Shown here in pieces: positions 28,431 to 37,994 of a DNA stretch of 64,000 nucleotides. The stretch's first letter is position 1, and each line of letters opens with the position of its first letter. Origin of the DNA: Patescibacteria group bacterium (GTDB taxonomy: Bacteria > Patescibacteriota > Doudnabacteria > UBA920). The DNA lies in contig DAIMCS010000001.1 in assembly GCA_036726225.1 (NCBI GenBank), positions 69,776-133,775 on the forward strand, in the 5' to 3' direction. The position numbers and the translations under genes were made by a program. Below the pieces are notes generated by a model, which did not search any database, had not been told where the DNA came from, and was given only the letters and a program-made list of their open reading frames with translations.

Positions 28431-28446
28431 ATTTACTTCAACTGTA

Positions 28447-29652
28447 TTATTTCAAACTATAAATAAATTTATAGAAAACTATAATTTGAAAAGCCTGCAG
28501 TAAAAAAAATACGGCCGCTAAATAATAGGCTGTTCGAATATATTGTTTTTGCAAAAGCTTAAGCCAGCCTAAACCGTAAATAAAAAAAATAAGCGGACAA
28601 AGGGTAAAAAAATAATACAACCTCAATCCGAAAGTGCTCCCCATAGGCAATAGCAAAACTATACTGGGAACTAAAAACCATAGCCACAAAACAAAACGCA
28701 AATTATGTATTGGCGTAAGATTTAAATTCCAGGAGAGAGTTTTGGGATTTTTAATATCAAAACGCAAAAAATATATTATTGGCAGACACAAAATACCCAA
28801 AGCCGCTACAAATTTATAGCCAATTATATCAACAATGTCGAACATTGGGTTAACTAAAATTGCCGGCGAAAGCCAAAAACCAAAATACTCAACTAAGCGC
28901 GTAGAAATAGGAAGATAAATATTATCCCCGCCCGCCAATAAAAATAGTGCTCTGATATTAGAAAAATTATTGGTAAACTCGTAATACAGGTAAGGGCTGT
29001 TAAGGGCTAAGCAAATAACTACAAACAATAACCATAACTTTACAGAAAGTTTTAATTTTTTAAATACAATTACCGAAAGCAACATTAACGGCAAAGCAAC
29101 CATAGGTACAGCGTGAAGTTGAATGGCCACACCAAACCCTGTTGCTAGCAAAAAAACATTTTTATATTCATTTCGCTTTTCTAAAAGCTCAACTAAAGCA
29201 TAAAAGAAAAGTAGCACAAAAAACGGTACGGGATTGGGGTTGGAAATATATTTTTCTGTTTGTACCGTAAATAAAGAAACCGCCATCATTACACAAACCG
29301 TATAGGCCAAAAACGCGTTTTGCCACCATTTTTTTACTACAAAAAACGAGAGCGCAATTGTAGCCAGCGAGAAAAATAAACTTGCCCACACTAAAGAGTA
29401 AGGGGCAAAATTTCCTAAGCGTGCAAACGGAAAAAGTAAATAATAATAGATAGGGCCAAAGTGAAAGCCGCCCATTTGCGAAACCGGCCCCAAAAAAACC
29501 CACTGCCCTTGTCTTAACTGATCTACCACTCCTAAATCGCGGTAAAGCTCGTGAATTGCGTAGGTGGAATGCAGTTGCGGGTCGGGAAAACCTAAAATCG
29601 CCGCTAAAGCTAATATTAAAATTAAAATATTGTATTTTTTTAATGTTTCCAT
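28447..29652 (-). CDS. Polytopic membrane protein, GT-C-fold glycosyltransferase-like (ArnT/PMT COG1807-like), paralog 1
   Basis: ELYRD...LGP.S...GGFHFGPIYYY motif shared with 29652..31115 and 50132..51421. About 10 TM segments. Confidence 0.45.
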   Translation of the reverse strand: METLKKYNILILILALAAILGFPDPQLHSTYAIHELYRDLGVVDQLRQGQWVFLGPVSQMGGFHFGPIYYYLLFPFARLGNFAPYSLVWASLFFSLATIALSFFVVKKWWQNAFLAYTVCVMMAVSLFTVQTEKYISNPNPVPFFVLLFFYALVELLEKRNEYKNVFLLATGFGVAIQLHAVPMVALPLMLLSVIVFKKLKLSVKLWLLFVVICLALNSPYLYYEFTNNFSNIRALFLLAGGDNIYLPISTRLVEYFGFWLSPAILVNPMFDIVDIIGYKFVAALGILCLPIIYFLRFDIKNPKTLSWNLNLTPIHNLRFVLWLWFLVPSIVLLLPMGSTFGLRLYYFFTLCPLIFFIYGLGWLKLLQKQYIRTAYYLAAVFFLLQAFQIIVFYKFIYSLK

Positions 29653-31115
29653 TATTTTTGCTCAACCTTTAAGCATAAATTCCGCTCTTCGCATTGGCTA
29701 ATTTCAAAAATCGTGTACGCTCCCCTGCTTGGCCTGCTTGATACCTCAAGCCCGTTTGTTTTTAAATAATAGTGGAATTGATTTATGTCTAAAGCCTTAT
29801 TTATTATAAGGTATTCATTTTGTCGGCTTAATTTTATTTCCGAAAATATCTTTTGAATATTTTGGTCAGATAACTCGGGCCTGTAAATAAAATTGTAAAA
29901 AACTCCTACGGATACGCCTTGAAGCAAAATATAACAAACCAAAATAAACCAAAAATAATTTTTGGAAAATTCGTAGAGTGAGTTTAGCCACCAGGCAAAA
30001 ACTATAATTGGCAAAGGCCACATAACCAAAAAATAATAGTAAATTGGCTGAACGGGAAATATTAAATACATAGCGAGGCCCGAAAACAACCAGCTAAGTA
30101 ATATAAACTTTCCGGGAAGTAAAATTTCTGCTTGTGGTGGCCTAAAACCTTTTCTCAATATTAGCCAAACCATAGCCAAAATTATTAACCCGGCTAAACC
30201 TATGGCTGTAAAAAACCAGGGCGCGTATGTGGGATAAAAGCTGAATGAACCGTCTTTAAAAATTAGTATACTGCCAAAAAAATTAAACAAACCGCCTATT
30301 ATGCCCAAGCGGCTACCGCCGGCGGTTTGCTCTCCCCCAATGGCAAACAATGCCCTGCTTAAAGCAAAATTATTTTGGAATTCATAAATAATAAAAGGTA
30401 AATAACAAACGCAAAACACAAGCAAAGCTAATATTACATTTAAAACTTTTGGCTTAATTTTATATTTTATTAAAAACGCAAGCAGCATAATTGACATTAT
30501 CACCAAAGCTGTGGTGTGCAGTTGAGTGGCTATGCCTAAAGTTAATCCCAAAGCCAAATAATTAATAACTGAATTGCTTTCTTTAAATTTCGTTAACAAA
30601 TAAGCAAACACCAGCATAAAAAATGGCAAATAGTTTGGGTTGGAAACATAATAAGCATTTTGGATGTCAAATAAACTTAAGGTTAAAAGCCCCACGGCAA
30701 GAATTGCGACGTGGGGATTTTTAAACCATCTTTTACATAATAAATAAAGCACCGGCAAAGACAGTACTGAAAAAAAGGCGCTGGAAAAAGTAGCGCCGTA
30801 TGGCCTAAAGTTAAATAAAGCCACAAACACAGCCTCTATATAATAGTAAACAGCTCCAAAATAAAACCCGCCTAAAGCGGAAGAGGGGCCAAGCAGTGGG
30901 TAAATATGGTTATTATTCAAATCCCAAATTATTTGCAGGTCTCTGTAAAGTTCACCTACCTGCCCATAAGTTGCAACCGGCAGCAAAATCAGTCTTAAAA
31001 TCGCAGCAATAAAAATAAGAACCAATACCAGCCTAACTGGCCGTGATATTGATAAAAGCTTTCTGTTAACAAAACTATAAAGATGCAAGTAACTAAATTT
31101 AATCTTTGACTTCAT
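29652..31115 (-). CDS. Polytopic membrane protein, GT-C-fold glycosyltransferase-like, paralog 2
   Basis: ELYRD...LLGPSSALGGFYFGAVYYY. Confidence 0.45.
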   Translation of the reverse strand: MKSKIKFSYLHLYSFVNRKLLSISRPVRLVLVLIFIAAILRLILLPVATYGQVGELYRDLQIIWDLNNNHIYPLLGPSSALGGFYFGAVYYYIEAVFVALFNFRPYGATFSSAFFSVLSLPVLYLLCKRWFKNPHVAILAVGLLTLSLFDIQNAYYVSNPNYLPFFMLVFAYLLTKFKESNSVINYLALGLTLGIATQLHTTALVIMSIMLLAFLIKYKIKPKVLNVILALLVFCVCYLPFIIYEFQNNFALSRALFAIGGEQTAGGSRLGIIGGLFNFFGSILIFKDGSFSFYPTYAPWFFTAIGLAGLIILAMVWLILRKGFRPPQAEILLPGKFILLSWLFSGLAMYLIFPVQPIYYYFLVMWPLPIIVFAWWLNSLYEFSKNYFWFILVCYILLQGVSVGVFYNFIYRPELSDQNIQKIFSEIKLSRQNEYLIINKALDINQFHYYLKTNGLEVSSRPSRGAYTIFEISQCEERNLCLKVEQK

Positions 31116-32187
31116 TAACTATATTGGGTTTAGAGTCAACCAATATTACATCAAAACGTATACTGCCTATGTGCTGGCCCCGGTCTGTTAAAACATTTAC
31201 CTTCCAGCGTCCGGGCTCGGGGTTAGATTTTATTGAATAAGTCCTAAAGCCTCCCTTACGGCCGCCGACTACGGAAAGGCTTGTTTTGTTTTGGGTTACC
31301 CATTCCCCGGTTTTGTCATCCTTTTTTTGCCACTCATGAAAAATTTGCATTTTAAAAGCCTGGGGTGAAAATATAGCGCTATAAACATATAAGGGCTGAC
31401 CTTTTTGTTTATGGATATCGGGGTACAAACTCAAAAAACTTAAGCGGCCTTTGGGCTCTGCGCCAACCTCATAATTACCCTGCGTATTCCTTCTTAAACT
31501 ATGGTAAACGCCCGCGTCTTTAAGGGACAGCGGAAAGGGAGGGATTAAGTTCGTAAAATAAAGTACGTTCATTACCGCAAAAATACAAAGTATAGAGAGA
31601 ATTAAAATATTTCTGCTTCGAAAAAATTCTTCTTTTGCGGCTGACTTAAGTAGGAAAATAAACAGCGCTATTACTAAAAGTGAAACTAAACCTGAAACAA
31701 TAAACATCCATGCCCCTATTTTGTGTGAAAGTATAGGCACAAAAAATATGGCAAAGGTAAAAATAGACAAAAAATACAAAGAAATTTGGAAAACTAAACG
31801 AACGTAATGGCGCTTAAAAGATTCGTTTGCCCAAAAAGCCAGAGCCAAAATTAATAAAAACGGCCAGCTTACAGATATGTCTGCACTGCGGAAATAAGAA
31901 ACTAAAAAGGTGGAAAGCATACCCCCAAAAAAGAACTGGAGAATGTTGACCAGCCAAAAATGCGCTTTGGAGGGGTTGGCTTCATCGCCCTCATTTTTTT
32001 CCAGCCAGTGGACTAAAATAATACAAGTCCCCACAATTACCAAATTGGCAATAATCCAGACGTTTTGCCAATACAAGCTTACCGCTTGGATTGTAAGAAT
32101 GTCCACAACGAACCCGCCAAGCAAAAATAACGACGAAACCGGCCGTTCGTATTTTCCGTACCAAGTTTTAATTTTCAATATTACCAT
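31099..32187 (-). CDS. Membrane protein with a C-terminal beta-rich soluble domain (DUF-like)
   Basis: 6-7 N-terminal TM helices. C-terminal GRWKVNVLTDRGQHIGSIRFDV. Confidence 0.4.
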   Translation of the reverse strand: MVILKIKTWYGKYERPVSSLFLLGGFVVDILTIQAVSLYWQNVWIIANLVIVGTCIILVHWLEKNEGDEANPSKAHFWLVNILQFFFGGMLSTFLVSYFRSADISVSWPFLLILALAFWANESFKRHYVRLVFQISLYFLSIFTFAIFFVPILSHKIGAWMFIVSGLVSLLVIALFIFLLKSAAKEEFFRSRNILILSILCIFAVMNVLYFTNLIPPFPLSLKDAGVYHSLRRNTQGNYEVGAEPKGRLSFLSLYPDIHKQKGQPLYVYSAIFSPQAFKMQIFHEWQKKDDKTGEWVTQNKTSLSVVGGRKGGFRTYSIKSNPEPGRWKVNVLTDRGQHIGSIRFDVILVDSKPNIVNEVKD

Positions 32188-32189
32188 AT

Positions 32190-32280
32190 TAACTAATTAA
32201 ACTCAAAAATTCTTTTTCATTTAAAATTTTTACTCCTAATTTTTCGTCCCGATAGTAGAAACTTCGTTTCACTACGGGAC
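32190..32280 (-). pseudogene. Short duplicated remnant of the ligA 3' end (...EKLGVKILNEKEFLSLIS*), immediately downstream of the intact ligA terminus (LGVKILSEAEFLKMIE*)
   Basis: Manual translation of the minus strand. Repeated aatttttactcctaa at 32226 and 32318. Confidence 0.45.
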
Positions 32281-32281
32281 T

Positions 32282-34345
32282 TCATTCTATCATTTTTAAA
32301 AATTCAGCTTCGCTTAGAATTTTTACTCCTAAGGAATTCGCTTTTTGCGCCTTTGATCCCGGTTCGCTTCCCACAACAACATAGTCGGTATTTTTGGAAA
32401 CTGATGAAACCCAATCCCCGCCGGCGGCGCGGATTTTTTCTTTTGCCTGGTCTCGCGATAAAGATTCTAATGTCCCGGTAACTACAACTTTTTTGCCCAA
32501 AAGCGGTCCGGATTTTTTTGGAGAGGACTGATGCGCTATTTGCACTCCGTTTTTTAAAAGTTTACGCACGAAATCTAAATTATGCCCGTCCTGAAAAAAA
32601 TTGTAAATAGATTTAGCCACGGCTCCGCCAATGTTTTCTATTGAATCAAATTCCTCAAAACCCGCGCTTTGTAATTTTTCAATGGACCCGAAATGTTCTG
32701 CGAGATCAATTGCAGTCTCTTCGCCTACATGCAAAATACCGAGTGAATAAATAAATTTAGCTAAGGATATTTTTTTGTGGTCGTTAATGGATTTTATAAT
32801 ATTTTCAGCGGATTTTTCCCCAAACCTTTCAAGCGGCTCAATGTCTTCTTTTTTCAACGTAAAAATATCCGCGGCATCACTAATAAGCCCTTCGTCTTTA
32901 AACCGCTCAATAATTTTTGGGCCAATAGTGTAAATCTCAAACGCGTTTACCAGGTGCCCTATGGCGCGAAGATTCTTAGCCGGACAGTTGCGGTTTACGC
33001 AAACCGTGGCTGCGCCTTTTTCGTCGCCGGCTGATATCATTTGCCGCTCCGTAGACGATCCGCATACCGGACATTTTTTGGGCATCTTAAAAATTTTTTC
33101 TTTGCCGCTGCGCATTTTTTGCAGGACTTCAACAATTTGGGGAATAACATCGCCCGCCCTTTGGACGACCACGGTGTCGCCAATTTTAAGTCCCAGGCGG
33201 TTAATTTCATCTTCGTTGTGAAGTGATGCGCGCGCAACAGTAACCCCGCCCACCTCCACGGGCTTCATAATTGCCACAGGAGTTAAATTCCCCTGCCTGC
33301 CGACTTGGACTTTTATATCTTCAACAATGGTAGTAGCTTTTTTTGCGGCAAACTTAAAAGCAATACTGCCGCGCGGCGCTTTGCCTACCACGCCAAGGCG
33401 GTTAAATGTCGCGCGCTCATTAACCTGGACAACTATGCCGTCTATTTCAAAAGATAATTTGTCGCGTAATTTTTCTATTTCTTTTTTATAAACAAAAACT
33501 TCAGCCAAATTCCTGCAAACTTTGCTGTGCTTATCTGTCACAAAACCCAAAGCCTGGGCCATAAAATGTTCCTGTTCATGAGTTTGCTGGCCTAAATCTG
33601 TAACCAAGGCATAGGCATGCCAGGAAAGGTCGCGGCTCGAGGAAATTTGCGGGTCCAGCTGCCTGACACTGCCGGCCGCCGCGTTGCGGGGATTTGCAAA
33701 AATAACCTCTCCGTTTTTTTCCTGCCTTCGGTTTAACTCCATAAAAGCCTTTTTGCTCATTAAAGTTTCGCCCCTAAATTCAACGCGTTTATTTTTCGGC
33801 AAATTTTTTTTAAGCATTTGCAAAACTGCGTCCGGAATTTTTTGAGTATTATTTAACTCTAAATTCAGCCTCAAAGGAATGGCGCGTATGGTTTTTAAAT
33901 TCTGGGTAATATCTTCGCCTACAAAACCGTCACCCCGCGTTGCCCCAACTAAAAACCGGCCATCTTGAAAAACCAAACTTGTGGCAAGCCCGTCAAATTT
34001 TAATTCGCACATATAACTCCACGAAGCCGTAGGCTCTAATTTTTTTATGCGGTCTTCCCAGTCCTGCATTTCCTCTTCGGAAAACGCGTCGTTTAAAGAC
34101 ATCATCCTAGAGCCGTGTTTGACCTTAACAAATTTATCCAGCGGCTTGCCGCCAATCCTCTGGGTTGGCGAATTTAAGGAAGTTAAAGCCGGAAATTGCG
34201 CTTCTAATGCTTTTAGCTCCCGGGTCAGTGAGTCATAAACGTCATCGGTAACTTTTGGATCATCTAAAACATGGTAGCGGTAGCGCAAATCTTCTATTTG
34301 GCCGCTTAATTTTTCTATTCTGCTTTTTGCTTCAGATAGGTTCAT
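32282..34345 (-). CDS. ligA: NAD-dependent DNA ligase
   Basis: KxDG adenylation motif CELKFDGLA. Zn finger CPVCGS...C. C-terminal BRCT domain. 687 aa. Confidence 0.9.
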   Translation of the reverse strand: MNLSEAKSRIEKLSGQIEDLRYRYHVLDDPKVTDDVYDSLTRELKALEAQFPALTSLNSPTQRIGGKPLDKFVKVKHGSRMMSLNDAFSEEEMQDWEDRIKKLEPTASWSYMCELKFDGLATSLVFQDGRFLVGATRGDGFVGEDITQNLKTIRAIPLRLNLELNNTQKIPDAVLQMLKKNLPKNKRVEFRGETLMSKKAFMELNRRQEKNGEVIFANPRNAAAGSVRQLDPQISSSRDLSWHAYALVTDLGQQTHEQEHFMAQALGFVTDKHSKVCRNLAEVFVYKKEIEKLRDKLSFEIDGIVVQVNERATFNRLGVVGKAPRGSIAFKFAAKKATTIVEDIKVQVGRQGNLTPVAIMKPVEVGGVTVARASLHNEDEINRLGLKIGDTVVVQRAGDVIPQIVEVLQKMRSGKEKIFKMPKKCPVCGSSTERQMISAGDEKGAATVCVNRNCPAKNLRAIGHLVNAFEIYTIGPKIIERFKDEGLISDAADIFTLKKEDIEPLERFGEKSAENIIKSINDHKKISLAKFIYSLGILHVGEETAIDLAEHFGSIEKLQSAGFEEFDSIENIGGAVAKSIYNFFQDGHNLDFVRKLLKNGVQIAHQSSPKKSGPLLGKKVVVTGTLESLSRDQAKEKIRAAGGDWVSSVSKNTDYVVVGSEPGSKAQKANSLGVKILSEAEFLKMIE

Positions 34346-34451
34346 AATTTAGTATAATTATACAATTTTTCAGCGTAGATATCCACAGCACAATTTGTGT
34401 TAGAATCAAGCTAAGATAACAAACAAAAATAGCTTCAACTAACCAAGACTC

Positions 34452-34832
34452 ATGGCCTTCCGCAAAACAAAATTTGAACTTTCCCCCAGGCTCAAACTCG
34501 GAGTCGGAAGAGGCTATTCCCAAAATCAAATATTGAAACTTGCGGCAATTCTTTGCCTGGTGCTTGCTTTGGGCCTAACGGTTAACGCCATTAGGCTTAT
34601 GGTTAAAGGCAATGGCCAAAAAAGCCCGCAACCGGAAGTTTTAGGGGCAAGTACTGACAATAGCAGTGCGCCGACCATTGAATTTACCAGCTATACAGTA
34701 GAAAAAGGTGATACTTTATTCAACATTAGCCAAAAACTAAACATTAGCTGGACTAGCTTGGCAGCAATAAATAGTTTAAAAAGTCCTTTTTACCTAAAAC
34801 CCGGACAAACTTTAAAGGTTCCCAAACAATAA
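34452..34832 (+). CDS. LysM-domain protein with an N-terminal TM helix
   Basis: YTVEKGDTLFNISQKLNISWTSLAAINSL...PGQTLKVP. Confidence 0.65.
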   Translation: MAFRKTKFELSPRLKLGVGRGYSQNQILKLAAILCLVLALGLTVNAIRLMVKGNGQKSPQPEVLGASTDNSSAPTIEFTSYTVEKGDTLFNISQKLNISWTSLAAINSLKSPFYLKPGQTLKVPKQ

Positions 34833-34840
34833 AAAACAAA

Positions 34841-34873
34841 AAAACCTCCACCGGTCGGTGGAGGTTTTTTTAA
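34841..34873. terminator. Bidirectional terminator AAAAAAACCTCCACCGGTCGGTGGAGGTTTTTTT
   Basis: Perfect stem with A/T runs on both sides. Confidence 0.75.
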
Positions 34874-34879
34874 ATTGCT

Positions 34880-35734
34880 TTAGTCGCTTGGCACTTCTAC
34901 TTTTACTTTCCTGCCAACCTGTCCATTTTCCGTCCTAATAATTACACCTGTCTTGCCTACATAGGGCAGGCCTTTGCCAATGTTGCCGGTGTTGTCGAAG
35001 GTAGATACCGTGTAAAAAATTGTACCCGGGCTGCTGGGGTTGGTAATAATTAATTCTTGCTGCAAATTCGGATTCAAGGTCCAGCTTGCACAATTCATAT
35101 TGGAATTTGGAATAAGCGCAATAGAACCGTTACTACCAAGGTTTGGGACACTAGCGTCAACACCGCATGAAGTCGGGTCTGAAACCGGGGCAATCCAATA
35201 ACCATCGCCGACATTTTCAACGCTGCAAGGCGCACTGGGGTAAGGTCCGTTGGGATTTGGGTCCCACTCACATAAATAAGCAAACAAATAGGAACCGGGC
35301 GGGGCGGAAGAGAATTTCAGCACTATTTTGCCAAAGTCACAGCCGCTATCTTGGGCTCCTGTCGGGCAAAATTCGTATATCTTTTTAGTATTACTAAAGT
35401 GCGAACCGGTTTGGATATAGTCTGAAAAACTGGCATTGGTGGTGGTGCTTAGCTCCGGGGCGCCTTTTAACGATACATTATTGTTAAAGGAACTTATATA
35501 GCTGTCGGGGTCTTCTAGATTCCTGATATAGTTAAAAAATGCCTGCTCCCCAACTCCGGTAGCACCATAAAGAGACCCTTCTGTTTTTAGCAGGTCGCTT
35601 GAGCTTTTTACCTCAATGAAAATAATGGTAGTCAGGCTGAAAGAAATGGCCAAAACTGCCGACAACAATAAAATGCCTAAAATTAAAGTTACGCCTGCCT
35701 GACTGTTTTGATTTTTATTCTTTTGGAAGGTCAT
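34880..35734 (-). CDS. Pilus-associated protein with a single N-terminal TM helix (PilX/minor-pilin-like). The start is probably the ATG at 35734.
   Basis: QAGVTLILGILLLSAVLAISFSL. Position at the distal end of the pilin gene run. Confidence 0.35.
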   Translation of the reverse strand: MTFQKNKNQNSQAGVTLILGILLLSAVLAISFSLTTIIFIEVKSSSDLLKTEGSLYGATGVGEQAFFNYIRNLEDPDSYISSFNNNVSLKGAPELSTTTNASFSDYIQTGSHFSNTKKIYEFCPTGAQDSGCDFGKIVLKFSSAPPGSYLFAYLCEWDPNPNGPYPSAPCSVENVGDGYWIAPVSDPTSCGVDASVPNLGSNGSIALIPNSNMNCASWTLNPNLQQELIITNPSSPGTIFYTVSTFDNTGNIGKGLPYVGKTGVIIRTENGQVGRKVKVEVPSD

Positions 35735-36422
35735 ATTTTGTCGTTGAAACTGAAGTTTGATAATAAATAGGCAATTGCTCGCCTGTGGGAAGCCTAACAA
35801 TAAACTTTGCAACAATTGCCACCATGGGCTGGACTTCGACTAAACCACCGTCATCTATATAAGGGTCTTTAAGCGGCCTAATTAAAAACATTAACTGGTC
35901 TACCACTATGTTAGATGGGTTTAAAATTTGGGGCGAACTTACTCCCGTCTTTTCCAAAACTAAAGTAGAACCGGTGGGTGAGGCAAAAATAGTGGGCACA
36001 CTGCCCGGCGGGGAGTTTACATATACACCGTTGCTGTCGCCGTAATAAAAACATTCCTGTATGTTTTCCGAATTCAAAATGCCTAATTTATTGTCCCTTG
36101 AAGTATAGGTGGGATCGGCGTCTGCCGCCCCTCCCGGAGTGCCGGGAGGCACACACGCGGAAGTGACACTGTTATTTACAGCCCCAATATAAGTATCTCC
36201 ATTTGCAACATAATAGTCAACCTGGCCGTTGCGGATTTCCTTAACTAAAAATTCCATAAAATTACGCACCCCCTGCGAGGCTTGCCTTAAAACTTCTGTG
36301 CGTCTGTTAATTTTTAAAACGTAATTAAAAAGCGAAAGTAAAGATCCGGAAATAATTACAAAAAGTACCGAAGACACTAAAATTTCCATTAAAGTAAACC
36401 CTAATTGTTGTTTTGTCTTCAT
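35715..36422 (-). CDS. Type IV minor pilin (prepilin-type N-terminal cleavage/methylation domain)
   Basis: GFTLMEILVSSVLFVII. Confidence 0.6.
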   Translation of the reverse strand: MKTKQQLGFTLMEILVSSVLFVIISGSLLSLFNYVLKINRRTEVLRQASQGVRNFMEFLVKEIRNGQVDYYVANGDTYIGAVNNSVTSACVPPGTPGGAADADPTYTSRDNKLGILNSENIQECFYYGDSNGVYVNSPPGSVPTIFASPTGSTLVLEKTGVSSPQILNPSNIVVDQLMFLIRPLKDPYIDDGGLVEVQPMVAIVAKFIVRLPTGEQLPIYYQTSVSTTKYDLPKE

Positions 36423-36443
36423 GGTAAGTTTAAGCAGCAGGGG

Positions 36444-37205
36444 CTAATAATTTTTCCAATTAGTTAAATAAGTGTCCAGTTCCATTCTGCAGCTTGGGCT
36501 GGCATTGCTAAAATCAGCTGCCCTGGGACATTTTTTGTCTACCCACCAAACTTGCGACCGGACATACAACAGTGTCATATTGGGATCTTGGTCGTAAGGC
36601 GCATCAGTTTGCTTAGTAATAACAATTTTCCGGCAATAATCTGCCATGCCAGCGGCATTGGCACAGTTAATGTTACCGGGCGTGTAATAATACCCCCTGC
36701 CTGCGGAATTAGTGGAATTAAATGTTAATCCGTACCGGTTATTATTAATTTGTTTTGATAAAATCCAAAAATTTGTTTGGGTGTAATCGAACCCCAGGGC
36801 ATAATTGGTAGTCAGCGCGCCGCCCGAACAATTGACATTCGGACTATTGGTGGGGTCTATACAAAAAGGCAAATCTGGGTCCGGCGGATCGTCTGTCCCA
36901 AGCCATCTTTTATAACACTTGCCGTCCATGCTGTTTGGCGCAGTAAGATCTTCATAGTTGTAGCAATCTTCGTCAATGTCCATATGCTTTAGCCAATTAG
37001 TGTCTCGCATATTCCTAACTGCCTCTATCCCCTCTCTGGCTAAACCGGTGGCAACAATTTGCTTTACAATGCTGGTGGAAGAATTTAAAGCATACACCGC
37101 CAAACCCACCGAAGCGCTGACGCCCGTTACTAAAATAAAGAGCGCTGCCATGGTTTCTATTAAAGTCTGCCCTTTTTGGCCAAAAAATTTACGCATAAGA
37201 ACCAA
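36444..37205 (-). CDS. Type IV minor pilin / pseudopilin-like
   Basis: GQTLIETMAALFILV. Confidence 0.55.
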   Translation of the reverse strand: MVLMRKFFGQKGQTLIETMAALFILVTGVSASVGLAVYALNSSTSIVKQIVATGLAREGIEAVRNMRDTNWLKHMDIDEDCYNYEDLTAPNSMDGKCYKRWLGTDDPPDPDLPFCIDPTNSPNVNCSGGALTTNYALGFDYTQTNFWILSKQINNNRYGLTFNSTNSAGRGYYYTPGNINCANAAGMADYCRKIVITKQTDAPYDQDPNMTLLYVRSQVWWVDKKCPRAADFSNASPSCRMELDTYLTNWKNY

Positions 37206-37208
37206 AAC

Positions 37209-37940
37209 TTAATAACTCTGTTGGCAAGCCCAAGTTGCCGCCTTTGGACAAACCGAACCGGTTACGGCATTGACCATTACTGCAGGAATAGCTGCATTGG
37301 CAGTATGTTTTATAAAAATTCCCAACTTTGAGTCTGTGCTGGCGCTGCAAATTTCAGGATTGTAAGGCGGGAAGCTTAAACAGCCTACACTGTTCTGAAA
37401 ATTAATAATTTTTGCATAGTAATCGTCAGTCGGCACCAAAGTTGCCGGATTAGCCGAATCTGCGACACTACAACCGTCATTGAATATAGTTTTTCCAAAA
37501 GGTGCCGCAAAAGCAAGCAAAACGCAGCCGTTTAAAATGTTTTGAGTAATGGGATTTAATTCACGCACCACGGTAAGTGAATTTATGTTTATGTTGGGCG
37601 GGAAGTTTACTGTCTCAACATCCACTAATTTAGGCGCCGTGCTCACATTGTAGATTGCCTGAATTTTATAGCTTCTGGTATTGCTTAAATTAAACTTTAT
37701 TAAATAAAACTGCGCCAATTCTCCTGAAGGCAAAGCCCTTGAAGAAAGCGTATAGCTTTGGACTTTACGAATATCACTAACAAGTTTATTTACTGCCAAA
37801 CGAGTATCACGGGCAGCCCTGCCTGATGTTAAATTTATGGATACCGCAAGAGTCAAAAGCCCCATAATGGTAATAACTACCATTAATTCTATAAGGGTAA
37901 AGCCTTTTTGGGAATCGGCATAAAATATTTGGTTTGGCAT
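37209..37940 (-). CDS. Type IV pilin-like protein
   Basis: KGFTLIELMVVITIMGLL. Confidence 0.6.
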   Translation of the reverse strand: MPNQIFYADSQKGFTLIELMVVITIMGLLTLAVSINLTSGRAARDTRLAVNKLVSDIRKVQSYTLSSRALPSGELAQFYLIKFNLSNTRSYKIQAIYNVSTAPKLVDVETVNFPPNININSLTVVRELNPITQNILNGCVLLAFAAPFGKTIFNDGCSVADSANPATLVPTDDYYAKIINFQNSVGCLSFPPYNPEICSASTDSKLGIFIKHTANAAIPAVMVNAVTGSVCPKAATWACQQSY

Positions 37941-37994
37941 TTTTCAGGTTTTATTTCAAAAGAAAGATCTCTCAACTTCTACAAAATTATACCA

